The position numbers and the translations under genes were made by a program. Under the pieces are notes generated by a model that saw nothing but the letters and a program-made list of their open reading frames with translations, was not told where the DNA came from and did not search any database. From Ranitomeya imitator (lineage: Eukaryota), in contig NC_091282.1 in assembly GCF_032444005.1 (NCBI RefSeq), positions 745,054,001 through 745,118,000 of the forward strand: DNA of 64,000 bases, in the 5' to 3' direction. This document shows, piece after piece, positions 24,316-35,755 of the stretch (positions are counted from its first letter, which is position 1; the number at the start of each line of letters is the position of its first letter).

Positions 24316-26689
24316 ATGGCAAACATCATCAATGTTGATATGCTCCTCATCCTGGTCCAAGAAAGGCCTGAAATATGGGACCAGCGGGATCCCAACTACT
24401 CCAACCGGGCCAGGAAAGAGGCAGCTTGGAGGGCCATCTGTGGGCTACTATTCCCTGATTATGGCCAACGGCCATGTGCGGAGCAGACAAGTCTATGTAA
24501 GTACACTCATGTATTCACAAGATTTAACTTTAAAAGATGCTTTCCCTACATGATTACTTGAGCAATCATTTTTATCTTTATATGTCATTTATGGCCTTAT
24601 TTGTCATTTTCAAAAGCTGAGTAACATGCCAAAGTGTTTCTGGACATAGTTCATCTTGATCTTGCCCTGCTAAATATTTTCTTGGCCTCATACCCCGTCC
24701 AGAGGGTTGTTGTCCCTTGTCTTATTTTTACATAATTTTGAGCATTATTTTCATTATAGCACAAGTCATTTTCCTTTCCTATCCTAGCATATCTTACCTA
24801 ATGTATGTTTGCAAGAACAGGGTTCTCTCCCCTCTCTACCAGTCTGATACTGTCAAGTTATTAACTGTGGGCGATATATAGCCCTCTGCATGTAACCCCT
24901 TTATCATCTGACTCACCATGGAAATTATTGTGCTATAGCCACTTTTTGCTTTAACAATACAAATATGTCTGACAACTGGACTAAGCTATGTTCAGAATGA
25001 TATAGAACATTATTTGTGCCCTTGTAATTGCAGTGGATGATGTTATGACACGATGGCGCAGCACCCGGGACCAATACCGGCGGGAAAGACAGCAGCGGGC
25101 TAGGAGTGGGTCAGCAGCCCCACTGAAGAAGAGGAAGTATATATATTACGACCGTCTTTCCTTTTTGGATGCCAGTATGGATCTTAGGCAGTAAGTACAA
25201 ACCACTCTAGACATTTGTAATTAAACTAATTTTTTTTTTTTTTTTGTGGATTAGGGTTATGACATTGCAAGTTCCATGTAAGGATGTGTCAATATAGTAC
25301 CAACAATAATGTAAACAAGCATAAATTCCAAAAGGGTCCTGGAGGAGAGAGGACCCTGGCCGCCAAGCATCCCAAGATTCAACAAGGGATGGGTGAGAAT
25401 GTAGTATGCGAGTTTAGAGATGTTCAGGCAGTGTTTTGTGGTATGGGTTGTTACTGCATGGTATCTTATTGTTTGAAGAGGTGGTTGTGCCTGGTTTTTG
25501 TGTAGCTTGAAATGGTATGCCACATTATGATGTGTCGTGATACTGTTTGTTACATTTGTGGGGCTCTCCAAGACAAATCTTGGATATTCTTGTGTGAATA
25601 TGAGATAATAGGGGAGTAGAGAAGGAGAAGTTGTGTTTTTGTTTTTTTTTGTTTTATTTTAATATTGCACACCGATGTCTAATTAAACAATGTCAAAATA
25701 AAAATTTTATTGTTTTCTTTACAGAACACAGTCAAACCTCACAGAGAGGGAAACCGGATCAGAATCAGACCCTATCATTGATCCTGTAAGTGTGGAGGAA
25801 GAGGTTGCAGGACCATCTGTGGCTGCATCAGGATCCATCATTGAGGACCCATCAGCAGCATCATCACTGCAGGCAGCAGCAAGTGATGAAGATGCTGCAC
25901 CACCACCCTCAGCAGCACGTGGAACATGGGCACAGCAGCAGCCCTACAGGCCCACTGGTGTCATCCCCACAGGCAGCTGGGCCTTTACGGAGATCACGGC
26001 GAAGGAGAGAGCTTGAAGGCAGAAGAAGTGAAGTTGATGCTGGGGTCCTCAACTATTTGGCCAGAGCAGCCACAGATGATGGCGAGAAGGCCTTTGCCCG
26101 CAGCCTTGCCCGATACCTTAGACCCCTTCCCCGTGAGGTGAGGCTACGTGTGAGAGGGTGTATGCAAATCCTGATTGATTTAAGCACCCCTCCAAATAAC
26201 CCCTATGAGGTTTTTGAATACCTGGAGCGAAGGCAGCTTGGCCAAACAAACCTCTTGCGCCTTCAATTCCCTCAACAGGAGCCAAATCAATCAGGATTTG
26301 CTGCACCTACTCCACGTATGCCTCCCCTTCAACCCCTCCCATCCCAAAATCTACAAAGGCCATTAGAGTACCAAATGGCAGGCTTCAACCCCCAATCCCA
26401 ATATGGCCACTTCTCCAGACACAGTGTTGTTGGCTGGTCCCAACCTGGGTTTGGACAACATGGCCATTTTGGGTTGGGGTATGATGCAAGGCAATCTGTA
26501 CCTCAGCATGATGCACAGAGCCAAATGGCTTATGGTCACCACACATCTGGCCAATATGGACAAGGCCAGTATTCTGGGCCACAAGCCACTGCATCCTCAC
26601 AGGATGAACTGCCATCGGCCCAACAAAGGCCACCAGACCAGGACCCAGAGCTGCCAACATCTCCCCCACCAACTTACAGGGATCTGTAA
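24316..26689 (+). pseudogene. Harbinger Myb/SANT-like (MADF) plus BESS-like protein, 3 exons (24316-24496, 25034-25190, 25725-26689), one frameshift
   Basis: LVQERPEIWDQRDPNYSNRARKEAAWR and MTRWRSTRDQYRRE splice in phase at GT-AG sites. The BESS-like AFARSLARYLRPLP...VRGCMQILI segment lies in a different frame after ~25900-25940. Confidence 0.85.
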
Positions 26690-27036
26690 TTTAGTTTTGT
26701 TTTTTGTGTTTTGTTTTGGTAGCTGGCTACCATGTTAATGTTGTGTTTTCAAAACATTTCCACTTTGTTGTGGATCCTTGGTATAAAGCAACCCATAAAA
26801 AAGGCTTCTCAAAACCATATGGCAAAAATATGGGGTTAACAACCAAAAAAAAAGGGTTGCAAAGTTAGTAAAAAGTTTACAAAAAAGCCAATTGATGTTT
26901 GTAGACTAATCATTTTTGCATCACACACATATTTAGAAAACAGAAACATATGGTAATTAAGGAAAAAACACACACAGTACGTTTTCAGTGGTTGATAATA
27001 ATATATTACAAAAACATATTTTTAAAATAACAAAAA

Positions 27037-28701
27037 TCACAACTGAGAAACAGCATAATCTTGCCAGGGAGTAGAACCCTGAGGAGAAACAAAATAATTG
27101 GTCAATACATCCCTAACTTTGATACTAGAAAGGGGAAGGCGCGGAGGTGGGCCATGTGGTGTTGGACTACTGACACTACGCAACATGTGTTCATCATTAC
27201 CATCTGAGAAGCAATCATGTATGCGGGTATAGTTGTGCAAAATTACAGATGCTTTGATTACTTCATTGACTGTAGCCTCACTGAGCTGCATGGCAGTCTG
27301 TAGGACACGCCATTTGGCCACCAGAATACCAAAGGCGCACTCCACCAGTCTGCGCGCCCTAGAAAGGCGCAAATTAAATATCCTCCGACGGTGGTCCCGG
27401 TTGCGCCAGGGATAAGGCCTCATGACGTGTCTGGTGAGTTGGAAGGCCTCATCTCCAACAAAAAAAAAGGCAGTGCTTCTGCAGTGGAGCCTGGGAGTTG
27501 TTGTGGTGGTGGGAGGTCTAACTGGTTTTCACGTAGCCGCCGACCCATTATAGACGAATTGAAGACCCTAGAGCAGGGGTCCCCAACTCCAGTCCTCAAG
27601 GCCCACCAACATGTCATGTTTTCAGGATTTCCTTAGTCTTGCCAGGTAATAATTGCATCACCTGTGCAATGCAAAGGAAATCCTGAAAACATGACCTGTT
27701 GGTGGGCCTTGAGGACTGGAGTTGGGGACCCCTGCCCTAGAGTCTCCAGTTCGTCCATAGGCCCCAATGTCTACAATTATAAACCTGTAGTTACTGTCAA
27801 CTACAGCTAACAGAACTACAGAGAAAAACTGCTTATAGTTGTAGAATTGGGAGCCAGAGTTCGGCGGCTTACGTACCCTAATATGTTTCCCATCCACCGC
27901 TCCAATGCAGTTTGGGAAGTCACAATTGACCTTGAACCCACGGGCTATTTTGAGCCAATCAGCCTGTTTGGGCTCAGGCATCACAAGGTCCTTAAGTCTA
28001 TCCCATATTTGGCGACAGGTTAACCGCACAATGCCAGAAATGGTGGAGCGGCCAATCAAAAATTTGTCCGCAAAGGACAATCCAGTGGACAGAAATCTGT
28101 AAGTGAAACAAACACAATAAATTAGGTTTGTTTCAAGAGTGCACACAAAACATGAATAAGCACAATCATATTTGCATTTGTGGCCTACTAAATTAACACT
28201 GAAATGGGAAAAATGGCCTTAAGGGGCTGAAATATAACAGTTACGTCACGTTGTCACATCTGCTTTGGCCTTAATGTACACATATTATGGGTACAAATTT
28301 AAAAAAGAAACATTTATAAAAAAGATCATCAACATACAGTATGTGAGGATGGAGAATACATACCGTAACGTGAGGAGAAGACGCTCCTCAGCAGAGATGG
28401 CTTTGTGCAGCCTTGTGTCCTGAAATGTTATTCCTGGGCGTAATATCTCCAACAATCTGTCAAAGGTTTGTATAGACATGCGACAGTACAGATAAAACTT
28501 GTCTGGATGTTCCCGCAGAGCTGTATATAGCCGATGAAAATGGCCTTTAGTGAGGCGTTTAGTCAGAAGAGGATGCATCCACATTCTTCTGCTCCTCCTT
28601 CGCGGATCCACAATCACAGGGTATGGGTGCCCAAACCGACGAGACAATAGCCAGTTAAACAAAACACGCTGCGTTGGGGTGAACTGCAAGTGGTCAGACA
28701 T
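27037..28701 (-). pseudogene. Harbinger (HARBI1-like) DDE transposase, exons 28701-28364 and 28096-27037, disrupted
   Basis: AISAEERLLLTLR|FLSTG splice junction, FPNCIGAVDGKH, GDEAF, ARRLVECAFGIL motifs. Disrupted by a hAT MITE insertion and a frameshift in the A9 run at 27460-27468. Confidence 0.9.
27574..27734. mobile_element. 161-bp hAT-type MITE inserted in the Harbinger transposase
   Basis: TIR CAGGGGTCCCCAACTCCAG; 8-bp TSD CCCTAGAG (27566-27573, 27735-27742). Removing it restores GDSRVFNSS. Confidence 0.95.
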
Positions 28702-29122
28702 GGTCAAAATGTTACAACAACACTCCAACAGTTGCAAAACCACAAAATGACCATATGGGAGTGAGACACCTGTTGTAGAGGCCTTAAATAGGGTTGATGA
28801 GGGTAATTTAAATCAATTTCATCCGCCAAAACCGTTATATGTCCATTTTGTCAGGTTGCGTGAAAAATACGCATTACGGTGGGCATACAGATTACATACG
28901 CAACATTACATGCGCAAAATACGCGACCACACCTTGCCTACGGAGTTCTTACGGACCACCGTATTTCTAATTTTGGAGCGTATTACGGCCGTAAAATACG
29001 GACCGTATTTTTCAACGCTGAGTGTGAGGCCGGCCTGACTCTGTGGGCCAAAATATGGATAAATTATAGCTCTCAAAATGTGGTGACGCAAAAAATATTT
29101 TTGCAATAAAAAGCGTCTTTTA

Positions 29123-29425
29123 GGCTACGTTCACATAAGCGTTACGCTAATGTGCGTCGCTGTTGAGTCGGCGACGCAGCGGCGATGCGCCTCTATGTTT
29201 AACATAGGAGACGCGTGCGTTGTTTTGGTGGCGTTTTTCGCCACGTGCGTCGTTTCCGACGCTAGCGTCGGACGCAAGAAAACGCTACATGTAGCATTTT
29301 CTGTGCGTCCGATTTTCGTCAAAAATGACGCACGCGTCGCAAAACGCGCGCGTTTTTGCGCGCGTTTGCGCGCGTTTTTCCGTGCGCCGACGCAACGGCG
29401 ACGCGACGCTATTGTGAACGTAGAC
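29123..29425. mobile_element. Harbinger-type MITE (family of 18489-18764)
   Basis: Ends GGCTACGTTCACA and TGTGAACGTAGAC; TTA TSD. Confidence 0.85.
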
Positions 29426-30121
29426 TTAGTGTGTGACAGCTGCCAAACAAAATCCCGCTATAAAAACCTGCTATAAATAGTAAATCAACCCCCCCCCCTT
29501 TATGACCCCCTTAGGCCGGCTTCACACTTGCGAGTTTTACGGACGTAAGAGCGCAGAAACTACGTCCGTAAAACTCGCAAAAAATACGGCACAATTATTC
29601 TCTATGCCCCTGCTCCTATCTACCGTATTTTACTGATCAGTATTATACGGCTTTCTACGGCCGTACAAAATCGCAGCATCCTGCGTTTGTCACCGTACTG
29701 CGCAAGAAATACGCCAATGAAAGTCTATGGAAGCGTGAAAAAAATATAGTTCTTACCGATAACGGTATTTCTCTGAGCCCATGACGGCACCACGGAGAGA
29801 GGGGATCCGCCCACCAAGGACAGGAAACCTACGGATAAAAAGGCGGTACCACTCTCCTGCATCAGTTTGTTTACATAGATAACGATGGGAGACTACTAAG
29901 ACATTTGTAAAATAATTTTAACTGCTTAGCATAACAAGATACCGCGTGACTTCCAACTATAAATGGATTATGGCACTATTTCAAGGTGTACACCCATAAG
30001 TGAAGGGAGGGAATGTACGGGTGCCGTCATGGGCTCAGAGAAATACCGTTATCGGTAAGAACTATATTTTTCTCTGATCGCCCATGACGGCACCACGGAG
30101 AGATTTGAATAGATGGTACAT

Positions 30122-31676
30122 TCAGGGAGGGACCACCGCCTCCAGAACCCTTTTACCGAAAGTAAGGTCTGAAGAGGAGATTAGGTCCAATCTATAGTGC
30201 CTATAGAATGTGGATGGTGAGGACCAGGTAGCAGCTCTACATATCTGGTCTATGGAAGCTCCGGCCTTCTCCGCCCAGGAAGTTGCTACTGCCCTCGTTG
30301 AGTGAGCCTTAACCTCCCCAGGAACGGACATCCCACTTGCTGAATAAGATAGACTGATGGCGTCTGTGATCCATCTTGCTATGGTGGCCTTAGATGCTTT
30401 TTTCCCCTTCCGGGGACCCTGAAAACACACAAACAGAGAGGAATCCTCCCTACTCTCTCTAGTGACTTCTAGGTAGTGTAAGAGACATCTCCTTACATCT
30501 AGTGTATGTAGTGTTTGTTCCTCCTCGTTCTTAGGATTGGGGTAGAAGGAGGGGAGAGATATCTCTTGAGACCTGTGAAATTTTGAAGCCACTTTCGGGA
30601 GATATGCTGGGTCTGTTTTTAGAATAACCCTATCCTCTAGAAATTGTGTGTGAGGAAGGCAGGCTGACAGAGCTTGTAAGTCACTGACCCTACGGGCAGA
30701 AGTGAGTGCAACTAATAGAGCGGTTTTGAGGGATAGCGTTTTTATAGTAGATTCATGCAATGGTTCGAATGGAGGACTAGTCAGTGCTTTAAGGACCAAG
30801 TTTAAGTCCCATTGAGGAACCACTTTTACTGGTAGAGGCCTAGATCTTCCTGCTGCCTTAATGAATCTAGAGATCCATCTATTTGAAGCTAGGTCAAAAT
30901 TAAATAGGGCTCCTAATGCTGCCACGTGAACTTTTAGTGTACTGGTGGCTAACCCCATATCCAGGCCATTTTGTAGGAACTCTAATATGGAATTGATGGG
31001 AATCTCTTTCCCTATTTTTGCACCTGAAAAGGACAGGAACTTTTTCCATATTTTGCCGTACTGTTTCGTTGTAACCGGCTTCCTACTTTTTAACAGAGTT
31101 GAAATTAACCCCGAAGAGAACCCTCTGTTTTCTAATATTTTCCTCTCAAGAGCCAGGCTGTCAAGTGCAAGTTCTTGACTTGTGGATGACAGATAGGGCC
31201 CTGTGACAACAGATCCCGGAGGTCTGGTAATACCCAAGGGTCGGATATTGACATTTTCCTCATCCATGAGAACCAAGGTCTCTTCGGCCAGAACGGGGCA
31301 ATTAAGATGACCAGCGCCCCGTCCTCCCGAATCTTCCTCAGCACTGCTGGAATCAGAAAGAGGGGAGGAAAGGCATAGACCAGATGATGACCCCAGGGGA
31401 TCAGGAACGCGTCCACAGCTACTGGGTTCCCCAGGGGAGATAGGGAGCAAAAGGAGGCTACTTTTTTGTTTAAATGGCTCGCGAAGAGATCTATTTTGGG
31501 AACACCCCATTTTTGTGTGATCTGGGTGAATATCTCCGCATTTAGTTCCCATTCCCCCTGTTTTAGGCTGGATCGACTGAGGAAGTCTGCCTTGTAATTG
31601 TCTACCCCCTTTATGTGTAGGCTTGTCAGGGATAGAAGGTTGTTCTCGGCTAACTGAAGGATTGAGTTGGTCACTT
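30122..31676 (-). CDS. DIRS tyrosine recombinase (3' part of an ORF split by CR1)
   Basis: Motifs ALTSARRVSDL, HTLDVRR, KAHSTRAVATSWA and TFYRHY (R-H-R-Y tetrad). Confidence 0.93.
31132..31676 (-). CDS. C-terminal RNase H end and Dam-like methyltransferase domain of DIRS pol (split by CR1)
   Basis: HIKGVDNYKADFLSR, IDLFAS and YAFPP motifs; overlaps the YR ORF in another frame. Confidence 0.85.
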
Positions 31677-31788
31677 AACATAGTAACATAGTAACATAGT
31701 TAGTAAGGCCGAAAAAAGACATTTGTCCATCCAGTTCAGCCTATATTCCATCATAATAAATACCCAGATCTACGTCCTTCTACAGAAC

Positions 31789-34569
31789 CTAATAATTGTA
31801 TGATACAATATTGTTCTGCTCCAGGAAGACATCCAGGCCTCTCTTGAACCCCTCGACTGAGTTCGCCATCACCACCTCCTCAGGCAAGCAATTCCAGATT
31901 CTCACTGCCCTAACAGTAAAGAATCCTCTTCTGTGTTGGTGGAAAAACCTTCTCTCCTCCAGACGCAAAGAATGCCCCCTTGTGCCCGTCACCTTCCTTG
32001 GTATAAACAGATCCTCAGCGAGATATTTGTATTGTCCCCTTATATACTTATACATGGTTATTAGATCGCCCCTCAGTCGTCTTTTTTCTAGACTAAATAA
32101 TCCTAATTTCGCTAATCTATCTGGGTATTGTAGTTCTCCCATCCCCTTTATTAATTTTGTTGCCCTCCTTTGTACTCTCTCTAGTTCCATTATATCCTTC
32201 CTGAGCACCGGTGCCCAAAACTGGACACAGTACTCCATGTGCGGTCTAACTAGGGATTTGTACAGAGGCAGTATAATGCTCTCATCATGTGTATCCAGAC
32301 CTCTTTTAATGCACCCCATGATCCTGTTTGCCTTGGCAGCTGCTGCCTGGCACTGGCTGCTCCAGGTAAGTTTATCATTAACTAGGATCCCCAAGTCCTT
32401 CTCCCTGTCAGATTTACCCAGTGGTTTCCCGTTCAGTGTGTAATGGTGATATTGATTCCCTCTTCCCATGTGTATAACCTTACATTTATCATTGTTAAAC
32501 CTCATCTGCCACCTTTCAGCCCAAGTTTCCAACTTATCCAGATCCATCTGTAGCAGAATACTATCTTCTCTTGTATTAACTGCTTTACATAGTTTTGTAT
32601 CATCTGCAAATATCGATATTTTACTGTGTAAACCTTCTACCAGATCATTAATGAATATGTTGAAGAGAACAGGTCCCAATACTGACCCCTGCGGTACCCC
32701 ACTGGTCACAGCGACCCAGTTAGAGACTATACCATTTATAACCACCCTCTGCTTTCTATCACTAAGCCAGTTACTAACCCATTTACACACATTTTCCCCC
32801 AGACCAAGCATTCTCATTTTGTGTACCAACCTCTTGTGCGGCATGGTATCAAACGCTTTGGAAAAATCGAGATATACCACGTCCAATGACTCACCGTGGT
32901 CCAGCCTATAGCTTACCTCTTCATAAAAACTGATTAGATTGGTTTGACAGGAGCGATTTCTCATAAACCCATGCTGATATGGAGTTAAACAGTTATTCTC
33001 ATTGAGATAATCCAGAATAACATCCCTCAGAAACCCTTCAAATATTTTACCAACAATAGAGGTTAGACTTACTGGCCTATAATTTCCAGGTTCACTTTTA
33101 GAGCCCTTTTTGAATATTGGCACCACATTTGCTATGCGCCAGTCCTGCGGAACAGACCCTGTCGCTATAGAGTCCCTAAAAATAAGAAATAATGGTTTAT
33201 CTATTACATTACTTAGTTCTCTTAGTACTCGTGGGTGTATGCCATCCGGACCCGGAGATTTATCTATTTTAATCTTATTTAGCCGGTTTCGCACCTCTTC
33301 TTGGGTTAGATTGGTGACCCTTAATATAGGGTTTTCATTGTTTCTTGGGATTTCACCTAGCATTTCATTTTCCACCGTGAATACCGTGGAGAAGAAGGTG
33401 TTTAATATGTTAGCTTTTTCCTCGTCATCTACAACCATTCTTTCCTCACTATTTTTTAAGGGGCCTACATTTTCAGTTTTTATTCTTTTACTATTGATAT
33501 AGTTGAAGAACAGTTTGGGATTAGTTTTACTCTCCTTAGCAATGTGCTTCTCTGTTTCCTTTTTGGCAGCTTTAATTAGTTTTTTAGATAAAGTATTTTT
33601 CTCCCTATAGTTTTTTAGAGCTTCAATGGTGCCATCCTGCTTTAGTAGTGCAAATGCTTTCTTTTTACTGTTAATTGCCTGTCTTACTTCTTTGTTTAGC
33701 CACATTGGGTTTTTCCTATTTCTAGTCCTTTTATTCCCACAAGGTATAAACCGCTTACACTGCCTATTTAGGATGTTCTTAAACATTTCCCATTTATTAT
33801 CTGTATTCTCATTTCTGAGGATATTGCCCCAGTCTACCAGATTAAGGGCATCTCTAAGCTGGTCAAACTTTGCCTTCCTAAAGTTCAATGTTTTTGTGAC
33901 TCCCTGACAAGTCCCCCTAGTGAAAGACAGGTGAAACTGCACAATATTGTGGTCGCTATTTCCTAAATGCCCAACCACCTGCAGATTTGTTATTCTGTCA
34001 GGTCTATTAGATAGTATTAGGTCTAAAAGTGCTGCTCCTCTGGTTGGATTCTGCACCAATTGTGAAAGATAATTTTTCTTGGTTATTAGCAGAAACCTGT
34101 TGCCTTTATGGGTTTCACAGGTTTCTGTTTCCCAGTTAATATCCGGGTAGTTAAAGTCCCCCATAACCAGGACCTCATTATGGGTTGCAGCTTCATCTAT
34201 CTGCTTTAGAAGTAGACTTTCCATGCTTTCTGTTATATTTGGGGGTTTGTAACAGACCCCAATGAGAATTTTGTTACCATTTTTCCCTCCATGAATTTCA
34301 ACCCATATGGACTCGACATCCTCATTCCCTTCGCTAATATCCTCCCTTAAAGTGGACTTTAGACAAGACTTTACATAGAGACAAACCCCTCCTCCTCTAC
34401 GATTTTTACGATCCTTTCTAAACAGACTGTAACCCTGTAAGTTAACTGCCCAGTCATAGCTTTCATCTAACCATGTCTCGGTTATTCCCACTATGTCAAA
34501 GTTACCTGTAGATATTTCTGCTTCTAGTTCTTCCATCTTGTTTGTCAGGCTTCTGGCGTTTGCGAGCAT
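31789..34569 (-). CDS. CR1 ORF2: APE endonuclease plus reverse transcriptase (926 aa from the ATG; frame open from 34803)
   Basis: NARSL, GITETW, GDFNYPDI, SDHN, KSPGPDG, PQGSVLGP and FADD motifs; no stops. Confidence 0.97.
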   Translation of the reverse strand: MLANARSLTNKMEELEAEISTGNFDIVGITETWLDESYDWAVNLQGYSLFRKDRKNRRGGGVCLYVKSCLKSTLREDISEGNEDVESIWVEIHGGKNGNKILIGVCYKPPNITESMESLLLKQIDEAATHNEVLVMGDFNYPDINWETETCETHKGNRFLLITKKNYLSQLVQNPTRGAALLDLILSNRPDRITNLQVVGHLGNSDHNIVQFHLSFTRGTCQGVTKTLNFRKAKFDQLRDALNLVDWGNILRNENTDNKWEMFKNILNRQCKRFIPCGNKRTRNRKNPMWLNKEVRQAINSKKKAFALLKQDGTIEALKNYREKNTLSKKLIKAAKKETEKHIAKESKTNPKLFFNYINSKRIKTENVGPLKNSEERMVVDDEEKANILNTFFSTVFTVENEMLGEIPRNNENPILRVTNLTQEEVRNRLNKIKIDKSPGPDGIHPRVLRELSNVIDKPLFLIFRDSIATGSVPQDWRIANVVPIFKKGSKSEPGNYRPVSLTSIVGKIFEGFLRDVILDYLNENNCLTPYQHGFMRNRSCQTNLISFYEEVSYRLDHGESLDVVYLDFSKAFDTMPHKRLVHKMRMLGLGENVCKWVSNWLSDRKQRVVINGIVSNWVAVTSGVPQGSVLGPVLFNIFINDLVEGLHSKISIFADDTKLCKAVNTREDSILLQMDLDKLETWAERWQMRFNNDKCKVIHMGRGNQYHHYTLNGKPLGKSDREKDLGILVNDKLTWSSQCQAAAAKANRIMGCIKRGLDTHDESIILPLYKSLVRPHMEYCVQFWAPVLRKDIMELERVQRRATKLIKGMGELQYPDRLAKLGLFSLEKRRLRGDLITMYKYIRGQYKYLAEDLFIPRKVTGTRGHSLRLEERRFFHQHRRGFFTVRAVRIWNCLPEEVVMANSVEGFKRGLDVFLEQNNIVSYNY

Positions 34570-34706
34570 GCAGTTTAGAGGATTTTGTTTTGTTCCAATC
34601 TCCTCACTGTGGATTGTTTTAGAAATGTTCTTACCTCCCTTCTGAATATGTTTTCCTGGGTCGTCTTTGTTCGAGTCTAATGTTTTTCTTCCCGTCCCCT
34701 CTTCTT

Positions 34707-35660
34707 CTAGTTTAACGCCCTCCTGATGAGTGTAGCGAGTCTTCTGGCGAATGTGTGTTTCCCAGGTTTGTTGAGGTGTAGTCCGTCTCTGGCGAGGAGT
34801 CCATCATACCAGTAATTCACACCGTGGTCCAGGAATCCAAATCCTTGTTGTCTGCACCATCGTCTTAGCCAGTTGTTTGCATCAAGGATCCTGTTCCATC
34901 TCCTGGTGCCATGCCCGTCTACTGGAAGGATAGAAGAAAAAACTACCTGTGCATCCAGTTCCTTTACTTTCTTCCCCAACTCTTCAAAGTCCTTGCAGAT
35001 TGTCGGTAGGTCCTTCCTTGCCGTGTCATTGGTGCCAACATGTATCAGAAGAAATGGGTGGACGTCCTTGGAGCTGAAGAGCTTTGGTATCCTATCGGTC
35101 ACATCCTTGATCATCGCACCTGGAAGGCAGCATACTTCTCTTGCAGTTATGTCCGGTCTGCAGATGGTTGCTTCTGTGCCTCTCAGTAGTGAGTCTCCCA
35201 CCACCACCACTCTTCGTTGCTTCTTGGCTGTACTTTTTGCTGTCACTTGTTGCTGTGTGCCCTTTTCTTTTTTGCTTGCTGGTATTGCTTCATTCTTAGG
35301 TGTGCCATCTTCATCCTCTACAAAGATTTGATATCGGTTCTTCAGTTGTGTGGTTGGTGATTTCTCCATGGTCTTCTTGCTTCTTTTGGTCACATGCTTC
35401 CACTCATCTGCTTTTGGAGGTTCTCTGACACTTTTTTCACCTTCTGTGACCAGTAGAGATGCTTCTGTTCTGTCTAGAAAGTCTTCATTCTCTTTGATGA
35501 GTTTCAAAGTTGCTATTCTTTCTTCCAGACCCCGCACCTTTTCTTCTAAAAGGGCCACTAGTCTACACTTCTGACAGGTGAAATTGGATTCTTCTTCTGG
35601 TCGATCTGTGAACATGTAGCACATGCTGCAGCTCACCATGTAGGTTGTCACATCTGCCAT
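34707..35660 (-). CDS. CR1 ORF1: zinc finger, coiled coil and SGNH esterase-like domain (317 aa)
   Basis: CSMC...CQKC, LEEKVRGLEERIATL, VVGDSLLRG, HVGTND and DGLHLN motifs. Confidence 0.95.
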   Translation of the reverse strand: MADVTTYMVSCSMCYMFTDRPEEESNFTCQKCRLVALLEEKVRGLEERIATLKLIKENEDFLDRTEASLLVTEGEKSVREPPKADEWKHVTKRSKKTMEKSPTTQLKNRYQIFVEDEDGTPKNEAIPASKKEKGTQQQVTAKSTAKKQRRVVVVGDSLLRGTEATICRPDITAREVCCLPGAMIKDVTDRIPKLFSSKDVHPFLLIHVGTNDTARKDLPTICKDFEELGKKVKELDAQVVFSSILPVDGHGTRRWNRILDANNWLRRWCRQQGFGFLDHGVNYWYDGLLARDGLHLNKPGKHTFARRLATLIRRALN

Positions 35661-35755
35661 GTTGCTCCTAGATCCTGCTGACTTGCTGTGTGTTTTCCTT
35701 CTTGTGTAATCTACTCAGCCAAGCTCTCTTGCAATAATGTCCTACAGGCAAAAAT

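Larger units (their letters stand above)
23914..29035. mobile_element. PIF/Harbinger transposon with convergent MADF-BESS and DDE transposase genes (degenerate)
   Basis: TIR GGCCGGCTTCACACT with the right end matching 14/15; TGA duplicated at 23911-23913 and 29036-29038; two spliced genes inside. Confidence 0.93.

Noticed and set aside
31796-35574. Plus-strand ORFs of 74-215 aa
   Set aside because: They are antisense shadows of the CR1 ORFs.
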